Shown in pieces: positions 49,849 through 63,474 of a DNA stretch of 64,000 bases. A program made the position numbers and the translations under genes. Under the pieces are notes generated by a model. That model was not told the DNA's origin and did no database searches. It saw only the letters and a list, made by a program, of their open reading frames with translations. How positions within the stretch are numbered: position 1 is the stretch's first letter; each line of letters begins with the position of its first letter. Source of the stretch: Lophium mytilinum (Eukaryota); contig MU004184.1 of NCBI GenBank assembly GCA_010093605.1, positions 506,801 through 570,800 on the forward strand, given 5' to 3'.

Positions 49849-51000
49849 ATGGCGAAGCCGAAGATTACTCTATATGTAGATATTGTGTCCCCGTTTGCCT
49901 ACTTGGGGTTCTATGCGCTGCAGGTGAGTGGTCTGCGTTTATTGCGTCATAGGAGGGGAGAGTGTGATTCGTTGGAATTGCTGCATACTGTCTGTATAGG
50001 TGTTCTTTACAATGGGCTGGCATATATGAGATGTAGGCTGTTTGCCATTGGTTTACTCGGCGCAATTTCTAAAATTCACTTCCTTCGCATTCATACTTTG
50101 TTCGTTTCTACGTCGAGAGCCTTACACATCCTAGTTCTCATTCACTTGATCTCTTACCGTCAAAGTCAATGTCTCTACCTAAAAGTTCTTGAAGATTTCA
50201 GGCTAACGAATCAAACAGAACTTCCCAGTCTTCAAGCAATGCGAGATCACTTACATCCCCATCTTTCTTGGCGGACTGATGAAGGCTTGTGGTAACACGG
50301 CACCCATCAACGTGAAAAGTAAGTAGAAGCCCTTCCAGAGAAGCCGCTAGGCGGAGCAAGAGTATGAACTGACACCCTCCCAGACAAAGATAAATGGATA
50401 AACCTCGAACGAGCTCGCTGGTGCCGACAGTTCAACGTGCCAATATCGGAGAACGCACCCCCAGGCTTCCCTATTAATACCATCCTAGTAAGTCGAGGAT
50501 ATCCATAGATCATCGCCCAAGAACCTTGAGGTATCAGAGCTGACTATTTAGATCCAACGCACCCTTACAGCATTATCTGTCTCTCATCCAGATCTCATTC
50601 CCGCCGCCATTGCGGCGCTCTACCAAGCTTTCTGGGTTGAGTTTGACCACCCTGAGAAGCCAGAGAACTTGCTCCGGATTCTCAGCGCCGCTGTTGGAGA
50701 GGCAGCAGCCACAGAAGCCGTTGAGAAGAGCGGGAGCAAGGAGGTCAAAGATGGCTTGATGAAACGAACCGAGGAGTCGTTTGCCGAAGGTGCTTTTGGG
50801 TTGCCATGGTTTATAGGTGAAACTCACTCATATCACTCAACCCCAAATGCTGTGGTGTACGGCAAGGCTGACTTTCTTGCTTAGTAACAAATTCCAAAGG
50901 AGAAACAGAGTCCTTCTGGGGATTCGACCATCTCGGGCAGGTCGTTGATCACCTGGGACTTGCGAAACCGACTGATGGTGGTTGGAAGGCCATGCTTTGA
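49849..51000 (+). CDS. Glutathione S-transferase kappa / HCCA isomerase (DSBA-like thioredoxin), 5 introns
   Basis: ITLYVDIVSPFAYLG, PIFLGGLMKACGNTAP, GAFGLPWF, FWGFDHLGQV. Confidence 0.9.
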
Positions 51001-51350
51001 AGTCTCGTGGCGTTGCAGCAATCTTAACGGGAAACATAAAGATTACCTTCATTCCGCTTTGAATACACAGTCGTGTGGTACAATATTAGGACTAAAGCTT
51101 TTTTACATGTAACACTGCTATGGTGATTCAGGTTACAAGTAAAAAGCTAGATCAGCGGATCAATGGTCCGGTCTGTGTACACCTGCTCACAAGTGCTTGA
51201 GATGACTCGGTAAGGCTTTAGGCTTGGTCAATCGGTAGACCTGAGTCGCCTTCGGATTTCGAACGAACTTCAAGCGGCGTTACGAAGGTATATGGAGAGC
51301 TTTGACCCACAAGGAACCAAATGACTCCTACAAGTACTACCTACCATATT

Positions 51351-52673
51351 TCACCCATGGGCCACCCTGTACTTCGCTCGTGCCACTAAAATCTTAGTTA
51401 GTATCTCAACGAGCCATGAAAGGGATCGTACCCACATCCAACACTCCTCTGGTCGAAATCCAGAACAGTATAATATCCCCTCAAAAACGGCGTTCCCAGA
51501 ACAATGAAGTCCTTCTCATCCTTATCCTCTTTAGCCCACGGCAGTAACCCCACCACACACCTGACCCCTAAGTCTCCAAACTCCATCTCCAGCGTATAAT
51601 CAAAAGGGCTCAGGACGAACTCGTGCCCCCCAAGATCAAACATTAACCCCGGAAGCTCACCCACTCTCTCGCAGCTCACAGAGTCAGGCCAGTCAGGAAT
51701 ACGCTCCGGCCGAATAACCTCTTCCAACCTCTTAAACGCCGCCTCTGGCAGCCAAACAAACGGCTCCGCAGTATCCAACCGCGCCGTAAACCCCGCCAAA
51801 TCCACCGACTTACCCTCCCCCTTCCCCCACGATAACCCGCGCGTTTCCACCCGCCACGTCCCATTAAGCAGCGGCGGCCCAACCTCAAACGGATCCTCAC
51901 TCCCCGGCTGCGGATCCGTAACATTCGACAACGGAATCTCCACCATCTCACCCGCCTCAAACATCTCCGCATTAACGCCCCCAAACATAATCTCCCCCGC
52001 CACCTTCACATCCCCCTCCGTGCGCCCCAACGCGATCGACACCACATTCCTTGGCAGCAACCCCAGCCGCACCATCCCCGCAAACGGGCTCTCGATCCCT
52101 AGCAACGACCACGCCTCAAGCGGCGGCGCGAGGCCGAGGACGGAATCGAAATCGCGGCGCCAGAAGCTCGTCGGCACGCTCTTCACGCGGTCGAGTTCGT
52201 GGAAGAGCTGGTTCGGGACGTCGAGGCCCGCGACGCTGAGGGTGTCTTTGCTGAGGTGGCCGGCGGCGCGGAGGCCGGTGTAGATGAACTTTGAGCGGGC
52301 CGTGTCGCAGCTGTGGGTGTGAGAGGCGGAGGCGGCGTAGTGGTGGTGGTTTTGGCAGGGGCCGTCGGCGCAGGTGGCGGAGAAGGCGAAGGTGTCGGAC
52401 CAGGAGATGTCGATTAGGGCAAGCAGGGGCTGCGGGGGCGTGCCGATGGTGATGTTGGTGAGGTATTGCATGTTGTCGAGGTTCTGGGGGTTGGATGGAC
52501 GCTTAGTATATTCATGTGTAGTTGGAGAGTTGAGGACTCACGGTGATTGGCGCAGAAAATGATTTGGGGGATGAGTTGTCGTTTGGAACTAGAAGTGGTT
52601 TTTGGAGGACTTCTGCATGTCCTATGCTTGATGTGCATGCTAGCAGCGCGATGAGAGGGGAAATTCTATGCAT
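51351..52673 (-). CDS. Secreted pepsin-family (A1) aspartic protease-like protein with atypical catalytic motifs; 2 introns
   Basis: Signal peptide MHRISPLIALLAC; QYLTNITIGTPPQ, FDSVLGLA, GEIMFGG, FVLSPFDY, IVLGTPFLRGYYTVLDF; catalytic positions read DISWS and DTAEP. Confidence 0.85.
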
Positions 52674-53150
52674 GTCGAGTTTATGGAGTGATGCAATGAG
52701 AACGTGAAGCGAGTCTGTAACAAGAAATAAACAATAGGAAAAATAAACTTGAAGACGAGTACAAAGAACAGCCCTTCTACCCCTAGGAAGCCGATTCAAG
52801 ATAAGAAAGTAGAAGGAAAGGCAGAGAATCGCTTCTTTCATAGATGAACTATGAGTTCTCACGTGACTGAGGCAGTGATGCGGCACAGTTCACGGCGCGT
52901 ACTGTAGGCGCTCACTGTACGGAAATAGTATTCAATCCTTGCATTTCAGGGATCGCTTCAATGAACTCACCTTGGCGTATGTATTTCAGTAGATTTTGCT
53001 ATCATCTTTGATGTGCTTTCCGTTAATAGCTTAACTGATGATTGTCATGATCGCAAATCCTACACACACAGACCTGAAAAATCAGGCTGTCGTCAGATAG
53101 CGCCAAAGTAAGGGGCAGATACAGGATCGCGACACAACATAATAATACAT

Positions 53151-56100
53151 CTACATCAAACTTGACCGGCCCCCAATCTCGCTTCCTCCTTGTCCACTAG
53201 GCATTTCCCCATTCCTCCCGACCACAAACTCACGGTATATACCTGCCAGTCGTCTCCTCTCCTGCTCTGAAATACTACTCCTTGTGCTTGCAAGCGAGCT
53301 TTTGATATGCGGCCACTGAATCTCAGGCTCCTTGTTTTCAGGCTCCTCCTTAGATCCAGTCCCATCCGCATCCTGCTGCCCATGCAAATGATTCGCCAGC
53401 TTCTGCTTGCGTCGAATAGCCTGGAGGCTCGCGAGTTTGGCCGCAATAGCCGCACGTTCAGAGAGCGCCACAGAAGACGGCATCGCGTTATCCCCCGTAG
53501 CAGCGATAGCGTCACCGAAGCGGAAGTGAACAAAGTCGGGCGCGGAGCTCTTGTCTGATTTGCCAGACTTGGATGTCGTGCCGTTCACGGCTTTCTTGGC
53601 CTTTGAATCCTCGCCGATCTCAGGTACATGGTCACCAAGGACGTCGTGGATGGCCTCGAGTTGCGCGTTGTAGACGACGGCTTGGAGGTCGGCACCTGAG
53701 TAGCCCTCGGTGCGTTGAGCGATTTCGCGGAGATTCTCGCCTTCATGACCGGTTGTGAGGACAGAGGGCGCGAGACGAAGCTTTCGCGTCACAGCTGTGA
53801 GGATGTCTATCCGCTCCTCCAGGCCTGGCAAGTCGCATATGAGGCTCTTGTCTAAACGTCCTGGTCGAAGTAAGGCTGGGTCTATAAGGTCTGGGCGACT
53901 GGTGGCGGCAAGTACGTAGACGCCGGACAGGCCCTCGGCACCGTCCATCTGTGTGAGCAGCTGATTGACCACTCGGTCTGTGACGCCGGTGGAATCGTGT
54001 CCACGCTTTGGAGCAATACTGTCAAACTCGTCAAAGAACAAGACACAAGGCCGTGCGGCTTCAGCGCGCTCGAAGAGGTCACGGACCGACTTTTCGGAAG
54101 CGCCGATGTATTTGTTTAGGATCTCGGGCCCCTTTACGGAGATGAAGTTGAGGCCACATTCTCCGGCTACAGCTGATGCGAGAAGAGTTTTTCCGCAGCC
54201 GGGGTACCCGTATAGGAGTAGACCGGACCGCAAACGAAGAGGGCACTGGGCAAATATAGGAGCATAGGTGGTCGGGTACTGAAGAGTTTCGAGGAGAGTT
54301 TGACGGGTTGAGTGAAGACCGCCTATAGAGTCCCAGCGTGTTGTCGAGGATTGAAGGGTAACATTGCGGAGCGAGGCTGGTGTAAAGCCAGCTAGGGCGC
54401 TAGTAAAATCATCTTTGGAGAGCACGATGGATGTAGAGGATGAGCCACGAGAGTCGGAGTGCGAGTATGTTTCACTGACTGATCGAATTAGAGCTTCGCT
54501 GCGAGCGCGGGAACTGAGCAAGACCAAATCACCAGGCATGTAGCCATCGGTAAGGCCGGCTAGGTCGAGGAAGTCAATGCTGGGATCGACAACGAACCCA
54601 TCGGCGTCAGAAGCAGGCTGGGATTCGTATTGACCGGATGTACTAGGCCGACTGCCAGAGGTAGAGCTGCCAAGGAAAGAGTCGTCGTTATTTGAATATC
54701 CGTTCAGTCTCGAGTCGTCTGCTGCTGGTTTTGCATCTTTATGCACTAGCATCTCTAGTACTCGCCTTCTGCCTTCTTTATTAGGTGCCTTGAGGCTGAC
54801 AATTTCCCGAACGACGTGGCCGCCAATAATGACGTTATTTAGAGCTTCCTTGCTCTGGGCTGTTGCAAGGAGAACCACCCCGGAGTCTATCGAGCAGTAC
54901 TGCTTCACAATAGAGCAAAGACCCTCACTAATGTGGCGGCTTCGGCCGTTTTCTCCTCCCACCTGAAGCTCGGTCTCCACTGGACAAAGCCTGTCGAGAT
55001 CATCAAGGATCACTAAAGCTCTGCCCCCTAGTCGGGCACCCCATGATGCGCACGAAAAAAGGCGATTCAGGGTATCTTTGATTGTTGATACTCGTGTCTC
55101 GTCCGTCACGAGCTTGCGGCATGGATAATAGGTGACGTTGAAAAGACGCTCGGATCGCAGACTGTGTGCCAATAGATGGGTAAGGCTGGATTTGCCCGCT
55201 CCGAGCCCTCCAGTCAACAACACTGATGAATTGTGGGATAGATGCCCAGTGAGTTGTTCGATCAATGGATCAATTCCCACCATTGTCGGCGCAGAGCTTG
55301 GTATTGGCTCACCAGGAGATAAACCCTTCAGGGCATTCGAGGGTCTTATAATCTCAGGCAGGACTTCGATGGAAAACTTCCTCTCGGTGCCCAGAAACCA
55401 AGCTGGGGGAGCTTTGATCCCGTCCGCTGGTTGCTGTTGCGGCGGCTCAAACCTCACAATTCCACCCTGCCAGCCCTTTTCTGCATCATCCAAGGATGAC
55501 AGAATCATACCGTCCGTAATCGGGCCATCCAGAAGTCCAACCCCCTGTGGGCTTTTGCCATACATTCTCTTGATTCCTTGGGAGGCTTCTTCTCGTTCCT
55601 GTTTGGACTCGCCCCCGAATTTGAGAGTTGAGCCTGGCTGCGAGTTTGTCGATGCAAATGGCAACACCTTTATAGCTTTTACGCCAGCATCCTTGGATCC
55701 GGGAGGTTTGACCATAGACGACGGCTTGGCGGCTTGGGTGGGTGCTCCTTCAATCCGTACAAGTCCGCCCACGAACTGTTCAGAGCAAAGCACTTTGCAA
55801 AGAGGTGAGGACAACGCAACGTGCCGACTATCAGGAGCGTCCTCCCAGGCCTGGATGCGCGCAACGACCCTGTTGGCTGGTTTCTCGGTCTCTTGTTCCT
55901 TCTGCACGTCCACAGGCTCTTGTAGACCTGCTGGCTTCACAACAGAAACTAGAACCCATGTTACGCCTCTTAATTCCCTCGTCAGAAGCATGTCCCGATC
56001 CACCCAGACTTTGAGGCCCTCGTTCCTTTCATCTTCTTCCTCATCGAACCATTCCCCTGCTAGTTCTCTATCCACCCCACGTAGAAATAGGGCACCTTTG

Positions 56101-57055
56101 CTGGATGATTCATCTCTACCACTTCGTCGCCGTACAGTACTTGCAGAGCTTTTCCCACCCGCACTTCTGCGGCTTGTTCCACCGACACTCCTGCTTGCTC
56201 GATCGGAGTTCCGCTCTGATTTCTGTCGCGTTTTAGGTGCTACTATGACCTCGGCGTCGGGGGATATTTTGACAAAGGCTGACGAAGGAGGAGGCGCTGG
56301 GCTAACAGAGGTGACAGTTATATTGGCAGTAGTCGTAGGCGATAGATGGAGCGTCAATGGGTGTGGAGGCTGGCGCTGGCTTTCTGATGAAGGAGTATAT
56401 GCTGGATTTGGTAGCGCACGTATTTGGGCGAGGAAGTTGAGTTCCAAGAATTGAGCATGCAGTTCAATCACTGAGTGGGAGTGGTCAGTAAGTAGTCTTA
56501 TAGAAGAGCAGTGCGGAGAACATACTTTCCCAGTCTGCAGGAGTCAAAGGCTCAATGTTGATAGTATGCGCCTGAGGGGGGTCTACATGGAGTAAAATGC
56601 CGACCTTTTGGCCCTCGACGAGTCCTAGTAGCCGTCCATACGTTGCATCTACTTCCACAACTGCCACGTCTTGGTCCCTACTCACAGCACTTCCTCTGCT
56701 GCCACTCAGGCCATCCCTACCCACGACCGACGCAAGTTTGCGCTTGCTCTGCATGCCTGTCCATCCCGCAAAGACTGACTTTTGGACCGGAGAGGTACCC
56801 TTGGCGTCTGCACCAGGAGGGGGAGGTTGGCGATAGTTGAGCTCGAGGACGACATTCTGCGCGATCTGTATTGCATAAGTTTGTGCGCATTCAATCCCAT
56901 GGTTCGTGTGAGAGCAGTAGACGTACAGTATTCGCATTCACCAAGACCGAGACGAGGGAACCAGGGAGATTGACCAGACAGTTCTTTAACGACTGGATGA
57001 GAGCAACCTCAGCTTGCACAGCCTGGCCGCCCGGCCTCTTCGCCGCTGGAGCCAT
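53151..57055 (-). CDS. PEX1: Peroxisomal AAA ATPase Pex1 (2 introns near the 5' end)
   Basis: SLKNCLVNLP, IEPLTPADWE|VIELHAQFLE, D1 GGLGAGKS, D2 WDSIGGL..GYPGCGKT..FFDEFDSIAPKRGHDSTGVTDRVVNQ. Confidence 0.96.
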
Positions 57056-57199
57056 GGTGTTGTAGACAGCAGAGCTGGCGGCGCAAACGAAGATATTGCG
57101 AGCACAGAGGGACTGCCGAGGTCTTGAGCGTGAAAGCAGCTCACAAGCAGGCCGGCGCTGATTCGCAGGCCGAAGCAGGGGAGAAAGCGACGGCAAGGC

Positions 57200-57367
57200 G
57201 GTGGCGGGGCGCGAAACTGAAGCGCCCGAGCGCGTTGAATTCGTCGCGTCTCTTTCCCAGCCCCCGACGGCACTCCAGTTCTCCCTCTGCAAAGGTACCT
57301 TAGTCACTTCACCCCTTCTCGCAGAACCACTGTCGCTTCCCATACGCGATCCGACATAAGACGCGCA
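57200..57367. promoter_or_regulatory. Bidirectional PEX1/MCM7 promoter with MCB/SCB-like CGCG elements
   Basis: CGCGAAA at about 57210 plus CGCG cores at about 57230, 57245, 57345 and 57362, within 312 bp between divergent ATGs. Confidence 0.5.
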
Positions 57368-60030
57368 ATGGCGCTTTATACCTACCCCACCCTTGTCCAC
57401 TATGGAGAGCAGCAGAGTGAGTTGGGCCAGCTGTGCGCGTTCGACGTATAGCACTCTACTAATCGCAACTCCACTGCAGCCGCATTCGAGGACTTCCTGA
57501 AGACGTTCAAGTCGACGACAGTAGAGGCTGCCGATCAACTAGAAGGCCTGAACATTGGCGAAGATGGGCTCAGCGACGAGTATGATTTCATGGACGAAGA
57601 CGACGATGGTGCAGCGAGGACGCGGAGACAGGCCCGCGATCGCAATCCGAAGCAGAAATATATTCAGATGCTGCAAGACGTTGCAGACCGCGTGAGGTCA
57701 GAAATCCAGATAGATCTGGATGACCTGGATACTGTGCGTACTCTCTACGTTGGGGGTTTGAGGGCACTTTAAAGCTGATTGCGCAATGAACAGTACGAAA
57801 AAGGGCACGAGGGAGAACTCAAGCTGGTTTCTTCCATAGAGCAAAACGCCAATCACTATATCGAAGTCTTTGCGAGAGCGGTGGACAAGGTCATGCCAGA
57901 ACCGGCAAGGGATCCAACGTCAGTTCTCTCTGAGCAAAATTGGATGACCGATGATTGACAAACAGACAGCTTCAAGGACGACGTTCTAGACATCATAATG
58001 AGCCAACGATCCAAGCGAAATGAGCACATGCGAGAGTCGCAGCCACAGGATGAGGGCGCTCAGGTTGTGCCTGACTCCATCTTCCCTCCAGCACTCACCC
58101 GCCGCTATACTCTAAACTTCAAGCCAAGGATGCCCTCAGGCTCAAGCAGCGACCGCTCCTCCAAAGCACTGGCTGTCCGGAACGTTCGAGGAGAGCATCT
58201 TGGGCATCTCATCACTGTGCGCGGAATCGCGACCCGAGTGTCTGATGTAAAGCCCTCTGTGCAAGTCAATGCCTACTCCTGCGACCGATGTGGAAGTGAA
58301 ATCTTCCAGCCCGTCACGACCAAGCAATTTACCCCTATGGTAGAATGCCCGTCAGAAGACTGCAAGAGGAACAACACGAAGGGGTCCCTCTTCCTCTCCA
58401 CGCGGGCGTCCAAGTTTCTGCCGTTCCAGGAGGTCAAGATCCAAGAGATGGCTGATCAGGTCCCGGTTGGTCACATTCCTAGGATGCTGACGATACACTG
58501 CCACGGAGCCCTGGTCAGACAGATCAGCCCCGGTGATGTGGTTGATGTAGCTGGTATCTTCCTCCCAACCCCTTACACTGGATTCAAGGCAATCCGAGCA
58601 GGTCTGCTCACGGACACGTATCTCGAGGCTCAGTACGTCAATCAGCATAAGAAGGCATACGATGATATCGTACTCGCACAGCCCACGCTACGGAGAATGA
58701 ACGAGCTCGAACGATCAGGACAGCTTTACGAATATCTCTCTCGCTCGATTGCCCCTGAAATTTTCGGTCACGCTGATGTCAAGAAAGCACTCCTCCTCCA
58801 GCTTATTGGTGGTGTGACTAAAGAAATGGGGGATGGTATGCGCATCCGTGGTGACATCAACGTCTGCTTGATGGGTGATCCTGGTGTGGCCAAATCCCAA
58901 CTCCTCAAATACATCACTAAAGTTGCTCCTCGTGGCGTCTACACCACAGGCCGCGGTAGCAGTGGTGTTGGTCTCACGGCCGCGGTCATGCGTGATCCAG
59001 TCACAGACGAGATGGTGCTTGAGGGCGGTGCTCTAGTCCTAGCAGACAACGGCATGTGCTGCATCGACGAGTTCGACAAGATGGACGACAGCGACCGAAC
59101 CGCCATCCACGAAGTGATGGAACAACAAACCATCTCCATCAGCAAAGCCGGTATTACCACAACTCTCAACGCCCGCACATCTATACTCGCCGCTGCCAAT
59201 CCTCTGTACGGCCGCTACAACCCACGCATCTCCCCCGTCGAGAACATCAATCTCCCCGCCGCTCTACTCTCCCGTTTCGACGTCCTCTTCCTAATCCTAG
59301 ACACCCCTTCCCGTGACTCGGACGAGGAGCTCGCCCGCCACGTCACCTACGTGCACATGAACAACAAGCATCCCGAGCCCGCCGGCGGCGTCATCTTCTC
59401 CCCCGCCGAAGTCCGCCAATGGGTCGCCCGCGCCCGCTCCTTCCGTCCCACCGTGCCCCAGGAGGTCTCGGACTACATGGTCGGCGCATACGTGCGCATG
59501 CGGCAGCAGCAAAAGCGCGACGAGGGCTCCAAGAAGCAATTCACCCACACCTCGCCGCGCACGCTGCTCGGCGTGCTACGCTTGTCACAAGCACTCGCTC
59601 GCCTACGCTTCGCCGAGACGGTCATCACCGAGGATGTCGACGAAGCGCTCAGGTTGACGGAAGTCAGCAAGGCGAGTTTGTACGCGGATGACAGGAACCG
59701 CGACGACCATACGCCGAGTAGCAAGATCTATCACCTTATCCGCGGTATGGCGGCTAGTGGCGCGGCGGCGGTGGGCGACGGGAGCCGTGGGGAGTTGGAT
59801 CTTAGACGGGTTAGGGAGAGGGTGCTGGCGAAGGGCTTTACGGATGATCAGTTTGAGCAGGCTATCGATGAGTATGCCTTGCTGGATGTGAGTTTTCCGT
59901 TCCCGTTCGGGCGTCGAATATGTTTGCTAATCTTGTGGAATAGGTCTGGCAAACGGCCGCAGAAGGAACGAGGTTGGTGTTCATTGAGGCTGGGGATGAG
60001 GATGAGAATATGGATGATGATGACTTTTGA
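57368..60030 (+). CDS. MCM7: DNA replication licensing factor MCM7 (4 introns)
   Basis: FPPALTRRY, zinc finger [39 protein letters not shown]; last exon [14 protein letters not shown]. Confidence 0.97.
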
Positions 60031-60563
60031 GGGGCTGCAGGGGCGGGGATGAGGTTTTCATGATATCAATGGGTTCACGGGACGAGAGTGATGGCGTTGC
60101 GTATAGCATTGGTGTTTTGTACATTACACCGTATGCCGGGAAGCTATGTTCACGGGACTGTAAAACGCGTTCAGAACGAGCAAAGTCCCCTTTTCTTCAC
60201 ATGAAGCTGTCATATGCAACGTGTCTTAGCTTGACCATGCAAGCCCATGCCCAGATTCGTTGTGAATATGATGAGCATAGGCTCAGGACATTGTCACACC
60301 AAAGCACTGAAAGCTGACATGAGTATCACTACACGCACGCACTCACAAAACCACAACCGCAAAGCACCGAAGTTCTCCCAAAGTCCAAAAAGTGACCCAA
60401 AATGCCCACTGTATTAAGTTTCTACCCCAGCAAGACTCAAAACTACTTGTTACAGGGCAGGCAGAACCAGAAAGCCGCTTAGCGCCGTTAGGAAGTTGGA
60501 ACTGGAATCGGAAGACACGCATGATTATTGCAGCAACTCGTCATCGTCCCCGAACTCGGTTTA

Positions 60564-61474
60564 TCACTTCCCAAGCGCCTTCTGCACCGTCTCCTTTGCC
60601 TGTGTCGCGACGTCTGTCACTTTAGATTCCGCCTCGCTCGCTTTCGCCTTCAGGGCTTCGCTCTTTTCTCGGCCGCCGAAGCTGGGAGTCTGTGTTAGCA
60701 ATTGACTTGACCTGGTCGAGACGAGTTTCTAGTAGTGTGCATTTGGCTCGCGTCTGCTGCTCGCAGTGGCGGAGAACAGGGAGGTTTGAGGGGGTGGTGG
60801 TAGGAGAACTAGCAGTGTACGTACTTCCAGTAGTTCAGGTACCGGTATCCTTGTGTCAGCTGCGACCCGCAGTTGATGAAGTGGCAGCCGAACAGCAGGT
60901 AGTTCGCCGGCGTGACGGCGAGGGAGTAGCGCATGAAAACGGCGCTGTAGGTGGAGAGGGCGAGGGTCATGGGGCCGGAGATGCTGTTGGGTTTGTGGCT
61001 TGTCAGCGTTTGCTCGTTTTCGGGGGTATTGAGGGTGAGCGGCGTCGGAGGGATTGGTGGGGATAAGAGGCGGGAGGACAGCAATTCGACTCCGGTGGTG
61101 TTTATGAGGAGGCATATTGCGGGTATGGGAAGGTATAGTTCGCGCGGGTTGCGGTGTATATTGTCGTTGCGCGGGTCGCAGGCTTAGAGTCATCAAGACG
61201 GAGAAGACACCCACATCTCAGGATCCTTTTGCATGTCCGCTACGGCGGCAATCGGTATGCCAAAGTTACTCGCCGGGCCCCAGAAGTCTGTATAAACACC
61301 ATTGTGATCAGCTCAGCTCGTTCCGAGGTCGATAATGTATTCCCCGGCGTTACAGTCTACAGCTCCGAAGCCGGAACGGAGGCGTTTGGAGCGTCACCTA
61401 CGGGTCGAGCAGAAGTAGTCGAGGTATTTGTTCGACCGTATCTTCGCATTGAGGGCTTTCACTGCGGCCGCCAT
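60564..61474 (-). CDS. MPC1: Mitochondrial pyruvate carrier 1 (3 introns)
   Basis: Spliced [86 protein letters not shown]. Confidence 0.93.
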
Positions 61475-62169
61475 GGTGAGGGATTGCGGATTGAGCGTGG
61501 GGTGGTGAAGTTGGTGGTTGGGTTGTTGGATAGCTTGCGCCGACTTTCTTTGGCGTTGAGGTCCGGCCCGAGCTCGCGGTTCGGTCGGAGCGCCTTGTGG
61601 AGAAGCTTGCCAAGTGCGCCTCAGGAACCAATCCGAGTCACTACAATTCTATACAGTGCCTCGTTATAGTCTTACGCGTGTGTTCTAGCTTGCCTTTGTC
61701 ATGAGTGTCTCAACAAGCTGCCCGGAATCTACATAGGACGCAACTGAATCATCTCAAACGATAAGTCCTGAGGCCATATCCGTCTCGTGAGGGACCTATT
61801 AGTACAATAAAGGCCCAGAGGCAACGGCCGAGAAATGGGCATATATTTTTGACGACATTGTTGATGAAGGTTTGTTGGATTGCATTATTCCTGCCTTATG
61901 CATGGTATCATTCTCCGACAACACCGCACGACTTTTGGTCCCTCTCGTCGAAGGCAGGCAGATTCCACTGCTAATAGGTGACCAAGCCGGTCGACCTCGT
62001 TCCAATCAACCCTTCTACCACTGTACCAGGTGTGCGGCTTCCTAAACCAGACAAAATGCCATTCGTGAGCATACCTTTGGGTGGCCCCCGCAAAATTGTC
62101 TCGCTGACTTTGATACCATTCCATCTTTCATCGAGCTTCTGACTGAACCTACTGACCTTAAAACTCGGT

Positions 62170-63126
62170 CTACCGACCACCGAATCCTGGGGGTGGGTAC
62201 CCGCGACCGCCGGGTGGCTGGAAGCCTCCTGGCGGTCCTCCGAATTGAGCTGCGATTTGTTAGTATGTTTAGGAGCAGCGGGAACAGGTGCTCTTTGACT
62301 TACGAGGTCCGCCTGGGGGTCCTCCAAAACCTGCTGGGGGGAAGCCGGCTGCGATCTTATTAGTATCTCAGATGCATGAAGACTAGGTGTCAGTCGACTT
62401 ACGGGGTCCGCCTGGTGGTCCTCCTCGGCCGGGAAAACCTGCAGGTGGTCCAAACCCTCCGGGAGGTCCAAAGCCTGCTGGCGGTCCTCCAAAGCCTGGT
62501 CCTGGTCCTCCAACTCCAGCGGCAGGTCCAGTAAGACCAATCGGTAGGCCTCTTCCTGCGGGTTTACTGATGCCTGCACCTGGTTGTAGAGCCGCGGCCG
62601 CTCCTCCAGTCGCCGGTCCGCCCAGTCTTGCGGAAGGATCGTGGGGTGGGGGACCCTCTACGGATAGCGAGACGATGTGGGTGCCGCGCAGGATGATCAG
62701 CCCTAGAGTTCGCTTCTCTTCCGTCTCGACTGCTGCAGAGCTAGAACTGCCAGGCGCTTGGGAGCCCTTCGCGGCCTTCTTCGTCCGTCGAAATTCTTCG
62801 GTATCGGCAAGTACGAGATTCATATGCTGCGAGAAGATCAGCAATCTTGCGCCAGAAAAGCTTGTCCCATGAGTGCCCTTACCTTATCGAAGGCCAGCAT
62901 CTGTCCCACCATCTGCCTTGTATCGGTCAAGGTGGCTCGCATTTTGTAGTTGAGCTAGAACTGTCAGAGCCTTGTGTGGTATTTCTTGAGCGGGATGCTT
63001 ACTAGATTTTGCTGTAGGTCGAAGAGTTAGCTGGAACTATAGTCGGGTATCTTTCAGGGCTGCGAATGAAGTAGAGCGGGACTTGCGAGTACTTACGATC
63101 TTGCCTTGCCTATTTGCCGCAGCCAT
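62170..63126 (-). CDS. SMB1: Small nuclear ribonucleoprotein SmB (5 introns, including a 9-nt microexon 63011-63003)
   Basis: [77 protein letters not shown], followed by a Gly/Pro-rich tail. Confidence 0.93.
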
Positions 63127-63474
63127 AATGATGCGGGTGCGTGCGAACACGACTGGTCCTCCTTCGAAATTAGAGTTCCAGTAGTTCGGCGGAGGGAGAG
63201 GTGAGTGCGCAGTGGAAAGCACTGGTCACTGGGCGGGGTGATGTTGCGGTGGGAGCTCGAAGTTCAAGAAGCTTTCCGCGCGCGCCAAGACAATTCGCTT
63301 ACTAGCGCGCACTCTCGCGCAGGCCGTAGCCAACCTCACTCCAAACTCAGGAGAGTCCTCCACTTCACGAAATACTAACTCCAGGCCCCGCCACGACGCA
63401 ACCGGTACGCAGCACTTCAAGCTCCCATCTCGTGGATGCTATTCTGACCGATTGCTGCAGTGACATTCTTCAAG

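Noticed and set aside
49924..50219. Unusually long first intron of GST-kappa as an ncRNA host or twin intron
   Set aside because: No convincing C/D or H/ACA boxes or nested splice sites found by eye.
55132..56454. 440-aa antisense ORF inside PEX1, and many other antisense ORFs over PAN1, SmB and the cyclin
   Set aside because: Shadow frames of GC-rich coding sequence; non-ATG starts or no recognisable protein features.
60987..61213. Possible box C/D snoRNA in the long MPC1 intron 2 (TGATGA near the 5' end, CTGA near the 3' end)
   Set aside because: The CTGA is the branch point, and I see no terminal stem or recognisable rRNA guide.
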